This document shows, in pieces, positions 25,150-36,975 of a DNA stretch of 64,000 bases. The notes beneath the pieces were generated by a model that ran no database searches, had not been told where the DNA came from, and saw nothing but the letters and a program-made list of their open reading frames with translations. The position numbers and the translations under genes are program-made. Every line of letters starts with the position of its first letter. Positions within the stretch are counted from its first letter, which is position 1. Where the stretch lies: NCBI GenBank assembly GCA_043228905.1, contig JBHGNT010000013.1:20646001-20710000 (forward strand), read 5' to 3'. The DNA is from Azolla caroliniana (Eukaryota > Plantae > Polypodiophyta).

Positions 25150-28100
25150 TACTCGCAACCGAGCTACGTCTCGGCTGCCGAAATCGAGTCCTCCAAAATT
25201 GTGGAATTTACTCTATCCCTCGATGGACCAGCTGCTCGATGGTATTCCCGCTTCGACGTGGGGGAGGTCACAACGTTCCAGGACGTCCAAACAAAGTTTC
25301 TAGAATTATTTCACCGCGAAGTTCCGAAGCGCGAACTACTCCGACAGTTCTTTTCCATGAGCCAAGAACCTGACGAGACGGTCGCCCAGTTAACAATCCG
25401 GTTTCAGGATCTCTACCGACAACTGGCCGATGATGTCTCCACCCATCACATTCCGGATACCTTCCTTTCCAGCCTACGGGAGCCTCTGCGGACAACTCTC
25501 GCACTTACCAATTTCTCGAACCAGACAATCGAGCAAGTCATCGAACGCGTCCTTGCCATCGATCGGACACAGTATACCACAACTTTCACCATGGGCTCTT
25601 TGTAAAGCACTCTTCCTCAGGAGGACAACTGGTTCCGACAAGCCCTCCAATCCACAGCCTGTTCGGGCTCAGGCCATCTGGCTCTCGAGTGCCCTCACCG
25701 GCCACATTGTCCAATCTGTCAGTCTCGATCCCACACGGTTGAACAATGCGAATACAACATGCTCAACCGCACAACGACGGCTCCAGTTCGCCAGATCGAG
25801 CCTCGAAATACTTACTCACGGCAAGATGAACGTCAGTCATACCGACATCGGGAGAACAAGCAACCACGATCCCCAGATCGTCGGCGCTGCGACGACGACC
25901 GCTACCGCCACGACAACCGTAGGAGATCGAACGACCACCGTGACCAAGACTGCGATGACCAATATAGAGCAAATGATGAGTATGATCGGTACGACGACGA
26001 CCGAGATGACCGGTACGATCAGCGGTATTCACGAAATGATAGAAGAAACTCTTACAGAGGTTCGCGGAACAATCAACGACAGAACGACAATCGTTGTCGG
26101 GACCCCCCTCCAAACGTCCCGCACAATGCGCCACGGGCCAACACGCATACACAAGCGATCGGGAACCACTCACAACCTTTCCCACACACTGAACATGGTG
26201 ACACCAGCAACTCGGCATCCGTTACCTACTTTAAGTGTAACCAACCCAGCCACTACGCTACCCAATGCCCAACCACGAATCGCGGCAAGGCCTTGTCCGT
26301 GAATACTATTATGGCCGACGTTCAACATGTCACTACACGTAGCAAGACCCAAGCCAGCTAATGGCAAGAACAAGATGACATCCGACAAGCAGCCAAGGAA
26401 TGGATTGAGACCGCCAATAAAAGCAACGTGGAACGGATGCACACAGAGATGCAGGACGTGACCATCGGCGCACCACCACTTGCAAGGCCATCCACCGCGG
26501 CAGAAGATGACCATCTATGGGAAGCCCTTACCAGTTCTAGGATCTCGCTGCCATTGCATAAGCTTTTACCGCTCATGCCATGCTTTCGGGATACCTTGGC
26601 TACGCTCACGACTAACGACAAATCGGTCGCACCCCCTGTTAACCTAACAAAGCCAGAGACGGGCCCACCCATCATGGATTCCCAGAATCCAGCTATGAAA
26701 ATCATGATTAAAGGACGCGACCTTCATGGATGCATAATCAACGGTGGCTCCGGCGTGAATGTCATCAGCGAGGCCACATGTCACACACTCGACCTGAACC
26801 AATGGGAACCTTGCCCCTTTTGGCTTCGGATGGCCGATACGCGATCAGTTCGCCCCATCGGGTTAATCCGCCACCTTGATTTCCCATTAGGCGACCACAT
26901 GTTCACTATCTCGGCAGTCGTGTTACGCCTCGAAGCTTCGGGCGCTTACCCAATGTTGCTTGGCCGACCCTGGCTACGCACAACAAATATTAAACAACAT
27001 TGGCAGCGAAATATGATCTCTTTCCGTCGGGGGAAGAGCAAGGTACGGGTAATAACAGAAGAACGCCTAACCATGCCCCACAACACCACACCCTTATACG
27101 CAGAAGGGGTACACATGCTCGACGGCTTAGCCGATGAGGAGGTGGATGACTTCCTGGAAGATCATCCCACTATCATACCCCTCTTCGAAATAAACGCCAG
27201 CTCGGGTTTCGGCACACCACCAAACGAGGATGTCACGGCAGATTCACTTCCCTAGGACGAGGGCGATTCCACAACTATCGCGGAATTACAACAAGCTCGA
27301 GACGCGTTTGAATGAGAACTCACCATCTCCCAGCGAGTCAAAGCATCAACGCTCGAGTCACTGAACCTCAGCTCCGATGAGAACCTGCGTACACTACAAA
27401 TCGCTAATAACTTAGCAGCCGACGAACGGTCAGCCCTGATATGCCTGCTCACAGAGTATCAGGATGTATTCGCATGGACTTACACTGATAGGAAGGGATG
27501 GATCCCCAATTTTACCAACACCAAGTACACCTCCTACCAGACACTCGGCCGATCCAACAACGATGGTACCGTATGAACCCCAACTACGTGGCTAAGGTCA
27601 AAGAGGAATTCGACAAACTCCTTCGAGTAGGCTTTATACGCCCAGTAAAAAGAGCCACATGGTTAAGCCCAATCGTCGTCGTCCCCAAGAAAAACGGGAA
27701 AATCCGCGTTTGCGTTGATTACCGCAAACTCAATGTCGCAACAGTCACGGATGGGTTTCCTCTTCCGTTCACGGTAGCTGGTCATGAATGCTAGAGTTTC
27801 CTCGATGGATTCAGTGGCTATAATCAAATCAGAATGCACCTGGACGATCAGGAGAAAACGGCGTTTGTCACGGAATGGGGTGTCTTCATGGTCGAGGTAA
27901 TGATGTTCGGATTAAAAACGGTACCGACCACATTCCAACACATCATCACAGAGATTTTCCATGAGTATATCCCGACGTTCATGCAAGTGTTCCTTGACGA
28001 CTTTGCCGTGTATGGCCAGCGGCTGGAGCATATGACCCAGCTATGCCTCTGTCTCAAGCGATGTCGACAAGCTCGGTTGAGCTAAAATCTGGCAAAATGC

Positions 28101-28228
28101 ACGTTCTTGGTGACAAGCGACAACCTGCTCGGGCACATAGTCAGCCAGGAAGGTATCGCCATGGACCCGGATAAAGTGCATGCCATTCTGAATGCTCCCA
28201 CGCCCTCTACCGCAAAGGCTCTTAGCCG
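25150..28228 (+). mobile_element. Outer Athila-like Ty3/gypsy element, 5' part: gag, protease, RT (pseudogenised)
   Basis: Gag LDGPAARWY, protease-like INGGSGVNVI, RT WLSPIVVVPKKNGKIRVCVDYRKLN and VFLDDF. Many stops and indels. Confidence 0.9.
27765..28228 (+). repeat. 464-bp direct repeat, copy 1 (RT segment)
   Basis: Identical to 36976-37439 except for 5 transitions. Confidence 0.95.
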
Positions 28229-30238
28229 TATCCTCCGCCTGCTCTCTGTAGCGCGTCAGCTGCCCTTGATATGTTGTCTGCAGCCTCTGCAGTACCTCCG
28301 CCGCTCTTTCTCTTTCCGCCTGCTGTTGCCTGAGGAGCTCTGTCCGAACCTTCTCCGCCTCTTCCAACCGTCTTCTGGTTTCCGCTTGTTCATTAGCGTA
28401 TGCCGTTGCGGTCCGATCAACTGCTTGCCGAGCTCATCCGTCCGTTCCTTGTGCTCCGTTTGCAACCGTTTATACTCCCGGTGCAAGTGCTCAAATTCCT
28501 CCGTTTTTTGTTTGAGCTTGCCGTTGATCTGGCGATGGTTCCGGTCCTCCCGGTCCTTTAGCTGTCGGATTTCCTCTTTCAGGCGCTCTACTTCTGTTTC
28601 GGCGTTTCTCCGGAGCCTGTCCTTCTCTTGCAGCATTTTCTCCTTTTCCTCCTTGAGCCGGTCGTACGCTTGGTGGCCTTTTCGTAAGCTCTCCTCGGCC
28701 CGACGTAGATTCTCAGCAGTCTTTTTGAGTTCTGCCTCCGCTGCCGTCTTCAACTCTCTTTCGCGGCTCCTCAGCGCTTCTTGGGCAGCTAGCTCATCCT
28801 TTAAGTCCGCAAGCTCTTGGGCTTGTGCCGCATTTCTCTCCGGAACGGTTTCCGTTGCCGGGGTCTGATTGCTATGTACAGGTTGATCTGACGCTTTATT
28901 CAGTACATTGCCCGGAGTCACCGGTGCTTGGACTTGTGTTGTCAAAGCCAATTGAGCCATTTCCCTTGTGACCCTGTCCAAGTCTTGTTCAAGGTTCCGG
29001 ATTCTGGACCGGGCCGTCTCTAGATCTACGGTTGTGACGAGCAACCGTTCGTGGTGCGCTCTCTCCTCCGCCTCTATGTACTCGACCGCTCCGGCGATCT
29101 GCTCGCCTACCCACCGTAGCCACATGCTACTGGTGCCTTGCTACTGTACTGGTCGGGTCGGCCCGTTCACTGTGGAATTGTCTGGCCTGAGTGCCTGTAT
29201 CTGCCGTTCTGGTTCTACTCCTTGGCCGCTGTGTGTGCTGGCTGGGCTCGCCCGCTGTTGAGTTCCGGTTCTCGCCGTCTCCGGAGCCGTTGGAATGACT
29301 TCTTGTATAGAAGTCGACAAGGCCGGTTCTATACGCACCGGTTCCGGTTCCTCCCTTGTGGTTTGCTCAGTTTGAGTTGGGGGCGTTTCTTCCTTTTGCG
29401 GGTCCGAACGCTCCCCCGCTGTCCCGGCGGTCCTACTTCTTGACCGTCGTTGGAGGTGCTCTACTGGCTCCTCCGTTTCCTCTTCCTGGGTAACGGCATG
29501 TATCTGTGCCGTCAAGGGTTCCGGTTCCTTCTGTCCCGGTCGCCGTATGGTTATCTTAACGGGTCGGACCGGTGACACCTCCTCCGGTTCTGGGAGCCGT
29601 TTCTTCCCTTTCGTCGCCTTCGACGCCAGCAGCTGCTGTCGTTTGGACGCGGGTTTCGAGGTGCTTCCTTCCGATAATCTTGGCCGCTTCTTTGGTTGGA
29701 CGGTCTCGACCGGCGGCGCGAGCAATGTTATCCACTGAGCTACGGCATGCCACAGCTTCCGGCCCTCCTTGCCGTCCTTTCCTCGTACCGTGTCGATTGC
29801 CGCGCACAAACCGTCTGCAATCAACACCGGCCAATCCACCTTGATCCCTTCATAGGTGGCTATGATCATCCCTGCCCGATTTTTTGGCATGACAGGGGGT
29901 CGGGGGTACACGTGGCCGTACTCATGGAGCACTCGAGCTATCTCCCTGAATAGCGGATCTTCGCCGCCCTGCGTTCGATAGCCTTTGCCGGCTAGAGAGT
30001 ACTCACCGAAATACCAGATGAGTTGCTCCGAGGTTGGGTTATCGATCTGAAAAATACCTCCCTCCGGAAGGCCTGTTAGCGCACGGATCGCTTCCTCGGT
30101 GATGACTTCTGTGTCGAGCTCCTTGATGACCCGGTCGGCTTCTTTGTGCGGTGGTGCCTCCATGATGGTCAAGAACCCATCCAGTCCGTGTTGCCTGAGC
30201 CATTTCCTGGCCGCTTCCGACAGCGTTTGTGGGTCCAT
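28229..30238 (-). pseudogene. Extra ORF downstream of pol (env-position ORF): globular N-terminus, low-complexity linker, long coiled coil
   Basis: ORFs 29141..30538 and 28256..29125 are in one frame, separated by a single TAG. A frameshifted continuation appears in 28041..28367. The likely start is MDPQ at 30238. Confidence 0.7.
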
Positions 30239-30632
30239 GTCTGCTTCGAGGTCGAGGAAAGATGGCGAGGTAGAGTGGTGATGAGAGTGAGAGCGAGAGA
30301 GAGAGAGTTCCGAACGTGGGGGTTCTCTGAGTGCAGGTTCGCGTTTGTTAAGCTTCCACTGCCTTGGTGCTTCTGTGCTTCTTGGCTCGCGAAATGAAAA
30401 GGTTTCCATGCGTTCTGTTTTTTCTCTATGCGTCTTGGCGCCTTTTCCGAGCATGCGCACGTCGTGTACCAATTTAGTATTAAGTAACGTGGCGGCTCTT
30501 AAATGCCCATTACGTACCTTTTCGCTCCTTGCTTTCACGTCCGTTCATACCTCGATTTTTAATGATTTCTTTTTTTTCTTTTTCTTTTTTTTTTCTTTTT
30601 TTCTTTTTTTTTTTTTATGACGGTATGTGATC

Positions 30633-33600
30633 TTACACATCCGTAGGTCCCTTCGGACCCTTACCGTTTTCCTTACGGGTTGCCGTGTCTTCCTTCGCCT
30701 CTGCTACGGGTTCCCCGTCGTCTTTTTCTTCCATCCGTACCGTTCCCGGTATAGTGCCGGTGGGCTGCATAAACGGGTTATTTGGCATCGGTCCTTTATA
30801 GGGCTTTAGTCTAAATCCGTTGACCCACTTGCCTAGCACTTCACCGGCAAGTGTCCCTAACTGATAGGACCCGTTGTATTCCCATGTCAGCCAATACGGG
30901 CCTGTCCATCTAAACCGGAGTTTACCCGGCATCTTGCCCATCCTCGTTTGGAATACGAGCACCAGCTTTCCGATTTCGAACATCTTTTCATTACCTTTCC
31001 GGTGACGGTCAACGAACGCTTTCCGTCGTCGTTGCTCCAGTTCCATGTGTAGGATGTTGGCCAGCCGTTGCTCCTCCAGTTCGCATAGTGCTGCTAGCCG
31101 CATTTCCTCCGACTCCTTTTCATTCAGCCGTTCCCGTAGTTGGATCCGTAAGCTTGGTACCTGAAATTCCACCGGCATGACCGCCTCTAAGCCGAACGCT
31201 AACCGGAACGGCGTTGTCCGGATACTTGTTTTGTATGCCGTTCGGTACGCCCATAGCGCGCTATGGAGCTTTGTATCCCAGTCCGTCCGGTTTTCATTGA
31301 CGATTTTGCGGAGAATGTTCTGGAGCGTTTTGTTGGTTGACTCTGCTAACCCGTTTGCTTGTGGGTAGTACGATGTGCTCCGTTTATGGACCACGGCATA
31401 GAACGTTGTTAAGCTTTCAACTACCTGGCCGAGGAAGTGCCCTCCTTGGTCGCTGATTAATTCAATCGGACATCCATATCGGCACCAAATGTTCTCGTAC
31501 AGGAATTTTGTTGTGGATGACGCGGTGTTGTCTCTCAAGGCCTTAGCCTCCACCCATTTAGTGCAATAATCTGTTGCCACGATGACATAACGATTACCCG
31601 TTCTCATTGCCGGTGGCTTGAACGGTCCGACAAAATCCAACCCCCACTTCTGGAATGGCTCTAGTGGAAGTACCGGTTGGTGTGGCATCCGTGCTTGCTC
31701 CGTAGGCTGGCCCATTCGTTGGCATAAGTCACATTCCTTAGCATACTTGACGGCGTCTTTTAACGTCGTGGGCCACCATAAGCCGCTCTGCCATACTTTC
31801 CTTGCCGTCGCTTCCCCGGCATAGTGTCCTCCGGCAACCCCACAGTGTGCTTCCTGTAAGATTACTTGTTTCTCGTCACTACGGACTGCCCGTCTCCATA
31901 TTCCATCTGCTCCCTTGTGGTAGAGAGTGTCCCGTAACAGACAGAAATTGTGGCTCTGCACCGCCAGTCGTTTCCTCTCGTCCCGGTTCATTTCCTCCGG
32001 TGGCAGGCCCGTGCTTAGGAACTGGTGCATGTTTGTCAGCCACCTATCTTCTGATGCCACCGTGTCGTCCGCTGCCGTTTCCGGGGTGATACGGAATAAC
32101 TCTGCGTCCGGGAATTCATCCGATACTCCGTTGCCTGATTCTCCGGACTCTAACCGGCTCAGGTAGTCTGCTACGGCATACTGGATACCGGGCCAGTGGA
32201 AGATCTCGAATTCGAACTCCTGCAACAGCAAGGTCCAACGGGCCAACTTACCGGTCAGGGACGCCTTGGACACTAAGTACAGGAGCGCCGAGTGATCCAC
32301 ATGAAAGGAGAACTTCCTTCCCAATAGGTAATGACGAAACTTTGTTACACTGTAGATCATGCCCAGGGCCTCCCGTTCCGTCGTCGAATAGTTCTTCTCC
32401 GCTTGGGACAGCTTCCGGCTGGCGTAATATACCGGCCGGTACCATTTAGGCTCCGTAAGTTGCATTAAGGCGCTGCCGATAGCGATGTCGGAAGCGTCAA
32501 CGAACACATGAAATTCCTTGCTCCAATCCGGAGGCTACACGACGGGTGCTTGCGACAAAAGTACCTTCAGGGCATTGTATGCCTTATCCTCCGTATCCGT
32601 CCATTGGAACGGTGTCCGATGTACCGCGGTGTGTAATGGTGTAGCCAAGTCAGCCAAGTGACGGAGCATCCGGCTGTGCCACCGGATCTGTCCTAAGAAT
32701 CGGCTTAGTGCTTTGGCCGTTTTCGGCGCCAGTGCCCCTAGTATCGCGTTTACTTTGTCCGGGTCGACCGCAATGCCCTCCTTACTTACAATGTGTCCCA
32801 GTAATATTCCACTTGAAACCCCAAAGATGCATTTTGCTGGGTTTAAGCTTAGCCGGTATAACCTACACTTTTCAAGGCATAACCGTAGGTGCTGCAAATG
32901 GTCTTTTTCCCGGCTATAGACTGCAAAGTCATCCAGGAAAACCTGCATGAAGGCTGGAATGTATTCGCCGAAGATCTCCATGATGATTCGCTGGAAAGTT
33001 GCTGGTGCCGTTTTTAGTCCGAACATCATTACTACGGCCACAAACACCCCCCATTCGGTGACGAACGTTGTCTTCTCCTGGTCGTCAGGATGCATCCGGA
33101 TTTGATTGTATCCGCTGAACCCGTCTAAAAAGCTATAAACTTCATGGCCAGCGACGGCATCCAGTACTCCATCCGTGAACGGAAGAGGGAATGCATCCGT
33201 AATTGTGGCTGCATTTAGTTTCCTGTAATCTACACACACGCGGATTTTACCGTTCTTCTTTGGGACGACGACGATGGGGTTCAGCCACGTCGCTTTCTTT
33301 ACCGGCCGGATGAAGCCCACTCTTAGGAGTTTGTCGATTTCCTCCTTCACTTTGGCGGCGTAGTTGGGGTTCATTCGGTAACGTCTTTGCGCCACTGGTT
33401 TCGCGTCCTTGCCTAAGTGGATCTGATGTTGATATAATTGAGGGTCCAGCCCTCGCATGTCTTCGTATGACCAGGCGAATACGTCGCGAAACTCCGTGAG
33501 AAGTTTGATCATCGCCGCTTTATCTTCCGGCTTCATTTCTTTGGCGATGTGTACCGGCTTTGATTCGTCCTTGCTTCCTAGGTTCACTTCGTCGAGCTGG

Positions 33601-36503
33601 GATGTTTTTACCCGTTGGGAAACGGCCATTTCTCGTTCCAACGCTTCCTGGGCTTGCCGTAATTCCCGAATCGAATCTTTGTCTGGTTCGGCTTCGGTTT
33701 CGTCCCGCTGCGGCAAGTATGGCGCTACGGCTTCCGCTACGTCAATCTCGAAGAGTGGTACGATCTTCGGGTGTTCCTTCAAGTACTGGGCTTCTTCATC
33801 GTCTGCCAACCCTTCAAGCATGTTCACGCATTCCGCATACAGCGGTGTGCATTCCTTACCGTTGCTCGTCCATGGTTGTGTCGGTACCCGGACCTTGGCT
33901 TTTCCGCGTCGGAAGGTAATCATATTTTTCCGCCAATTTTGCTTGATGTGTGCTGTTTTCAACCATGGTCTGCCCAGCAACAGTGGGTACGCGCCTTGCG
34001 CCTGTAGCTGCAGCACTATAGCCGAGATGTGAAATGTGTGACCTCCTATGGTGACTTCCAATTCCCGTATTAAGCCCGTCGGCCGTACAGAGCTCGTATC
34101 CGCCATCCGTAGCCAGAACGGACATGGTTCCCATTCATGTATACCCAAGGCATCACACGTGCGGAGGCTTATTACATTCACCCCGGAACCTCCATCGATT
34201 ACTGTGCCGGGAAGTTCGTGCCCTTTGACAATAGCTGTAATCACCGGACTACTAGTGTCCACCACCGTCGGTCCCTCCTCCGGATTTGAGAAGAGGACTG
34301 GTGCCGTTGGGGCTATACCGTCTGTCATGACCGTTTTTAGTCCTTCCGTAAATCGCGGCACGAGCTGCAAGAGTCTTCCTAATGGCAACGTGATCTGACA
34401 TTCTTGCAGTGCTTGCCATGTCTCGTTTTCTGCGTGGCTACCCCCGGCACTGCCTATGGTATTCGCCTTTTGCCGTTCCGCGTCCGCGACGTTCCTTTCA
34501 TTGGCTTCCTTCACCCATTCCGTTGCCTGTTTTCGTATGGCCTCTTGTGTTTCCCACTCTTTGGCCATGCCTTTCGACCGTGTGGTTACTTGTTGTACAT
34601 CCGCCACTTCCGGAACCACCATATTAACTGCTGGTCGTTTGTCGTAGCTCTTTGCCGGGCACTGGTTACTGTAGTGGCCTTCCTGCCTGCAGTAGTAGCA
34701 GTACTCTTTACGGGTATTGCTGGATTCAGCATTGCTGGTAGCCGGAGTCGGTCCCGTAGTGAGTGGTGCGTTCTGTGCCGGTTGGCTCCTTGGGGTTCCA
34801 TGTTCCGGGTCCCTAGTGTGACCACCTTTTTTGAAATTACGTTTCTTATTATTCTTATTCTTATTTCGGTAGTCCTGTCGTGGTGGATCGTAAAATCGGC
34901 CGTAGTCCTCCTGGTGCCTTCAGTAACCAGGGGAATGGTCTCTGTCATATTGCTCGTGTCGTCTGTTGGACTCCCGATAACGGTCCGATCGCTCATACCG
35001 GTCGTAGTTATCATACTGATCCCCGTACCGGCCATCATTCTCTTGTCTGCCTCCGTACCGGACATCCTGTGCCGGTCGGTACAGGTTCATTCTTTGCCAA
35101 CGATCTTCATCTTCGTCTCGGCTGCTTCTTGACTCGATCCGTCGGACGGGTGGTGCTTGTCGGTTTAACAGGTTATACTCGCACCGGTCCGTTGTATGAC
35201 TCTTGGATTGACAAATCACACACTGGGTTCGCATGGTGCACTCCACTGTCGAGTGTCCGGCATTCAAGCAGATTGTGCATTGAATTGCCTGTCGGAACCG
35301 GAGATCTTCATCTGTGGGTAACGCCCGTTGCAGTGCTCCCAGTGTAAGCCATGAGCTTGACTTTTCCATTTCTCTAACCCGGTCAATGACCTGGTCAATG
35401 GTGCTTCCTCGAAAGTCGATCACCGTACACACCGTGCGTAACGGTTCCCGGAGTGCGTTTAAAAATATCGTCCGTAATTCCTCCTCCGGGGGTGCACGGG
35501 CAAGCTGGCTATGCATTCGTTGGAAACGGATGACGAATTGGGGAATGCTTTCCCCTGCCTCCTGTCGGATCGTATAAAACAGGCCCACCATTGTCGTCTG
35601 GTCGACCTCCTTGTGGAAAAAATGCAAGAATTTTGCTTTTAATTCTGCAAACGTTGTGATGGTCGCCGGGTCCTGCGTCCGCCGCCATCGTGCCGCGGGT
35701 CCTTCCAACGTGACCCCGAATTCCGCTATCTTCGAGCGTTCTTCTTCCTCCGGTGTCAGTCGCTGGGACGCGTGATTTGCTTCCCATGTCTGCTCGAAGG
35801 CATGAACATGCGCTTCCGCGTCCGGATCATCGCGATACTTTGAGTATTGGAACGGCATGTCGTCGTCCAGTATTAGGCCGCGGTTTAGTGGCGTTTGTTG
35901 ATATCTTTCCGGTTTTCTCTACGGTTCCACTTCCGGTTCTTTTGCCGGTGTTTTTTCCGGTTCCGATTCCGGTTCTTTTTCCGGTTCCTTCACCGGCTCT
36001 TCTTCCGATACCTTCGCCGGCTCTTTCGTTGGTGTCGGTGGCTTTGCTTCTTCCACTTCCGGTGTTGGTGGGTTGACGGCTTCCGTTTACGGTTTCGGAT
36101 AGCCCTGGTCGAACGGTTCCGGTTCTGGAGTCGGCACGGTATCCGACCCGTCGTCCTCCGGGCCGCGGGGGGTATCGTTGCTGCTCCGGTAGTTCGTGTG
36201 CACGATGTATCCCCCTTCGGAATCCGATTCGTAGGCTGAAAAGGCTTCTGCCTCGTTTTCTCCGCTTGCCAGCGCCTCGAGGAGGCGTTCGGTTTCCCGG
36301 AGACTACTTAGACCGCTTCCGTCGTCCTGGTCGCGAGTTTGCTGTAACCGAAGAGATTCCTCCGCGACTCTCCGGATCTCGTTGGAGAACGAACGATCCG
36401 AGCGAATTTCGTGCGCTGCTTGCTGGAAAGTCTCACGCCGTCTTTGCCGTTCGGCGAGGCGTCGAGCTCGATCTGTAACCAGGTCGTGCGTTGGTCTCGT
36501 CAT
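30633..36503 (-). pseudogene. Single-frame gag-pol polyprotein interrupted by four nonsense codons
   Basis: ORFs 36087..36503, 34920..35858, 32535..34622 and 30633..32507 share one frame. Stops are at about 36087 (TAA), 35919 (TAG), 34920 (TGA) and 32535 (TAG). Confidence 0.88.
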
Positions 36504-36975
36504 CCATTAAGCCGTCGTTCGCTGCGAGAAAGCAGGAATCGTGGTCGCCAAAACTGTGTTGTTCTCTGACCGGACAAGGCCTAACACAAGGTGTCGCGGA
36601 GACACTTCACCAAAGGGTGGTTACGGCATAGGATTATGACTCAACGATTACACCGACTTACGTAGGTTACACGATTAGAGCGCTTTTGTCAATTACATGC
36701 GTAAGATATAACAGTAATTACAGAACGGAAATCAACACAGAAGTATAAACACCATACGCTCTATTAATTATCCGCTGTGATTACAATGGGCTCCGGGCCT
36801 TTAAATAGGTTTCCGGTCCGTAGTACAAAACGGTGCCTATCGCACCTATTCGGGATCCGTCCGAATCTGGAACGGCATACCGTTTCCAGTCCGTCCATCC
36901 ATACTATGCTTATTTACAACCATACTTAATTAATTCCTTCACTCCGTATTTTGGACTCCTTGTCGGCCGGTAACA

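Larger units (their letters stand above)
28229..36975 (-). mobile_element. Inner Athila-like Ty3/gypsy element: 5' LTR 36975-36555, PBS about 36550-36541, gag-pol 36503-30633, extra 3' ORF, no 3' LTR
   Basis: The LTR starts TGTTACCGG on the minus strand. PBS TGGCGACCAC is complementary to a plant tRNA-Arg 3' end (from memory). Domain order is gag (three CCHC knuckles)-PR (IDGGSGVN)-RT (FLDD)-RNaseH-IN (HHCC, WGLDFVGPF). Confidence 0.93.

Noticed and set aside
28107-28868. 253-aa Ser/Arg/Phe-rich plus-strand ORF and other antisense ORFs across 28-36 kb
   Set aside because: These are shadow frames of the GC-rich minus-strand retroelement ORFs. This one is a chimera across the 28228 junction.
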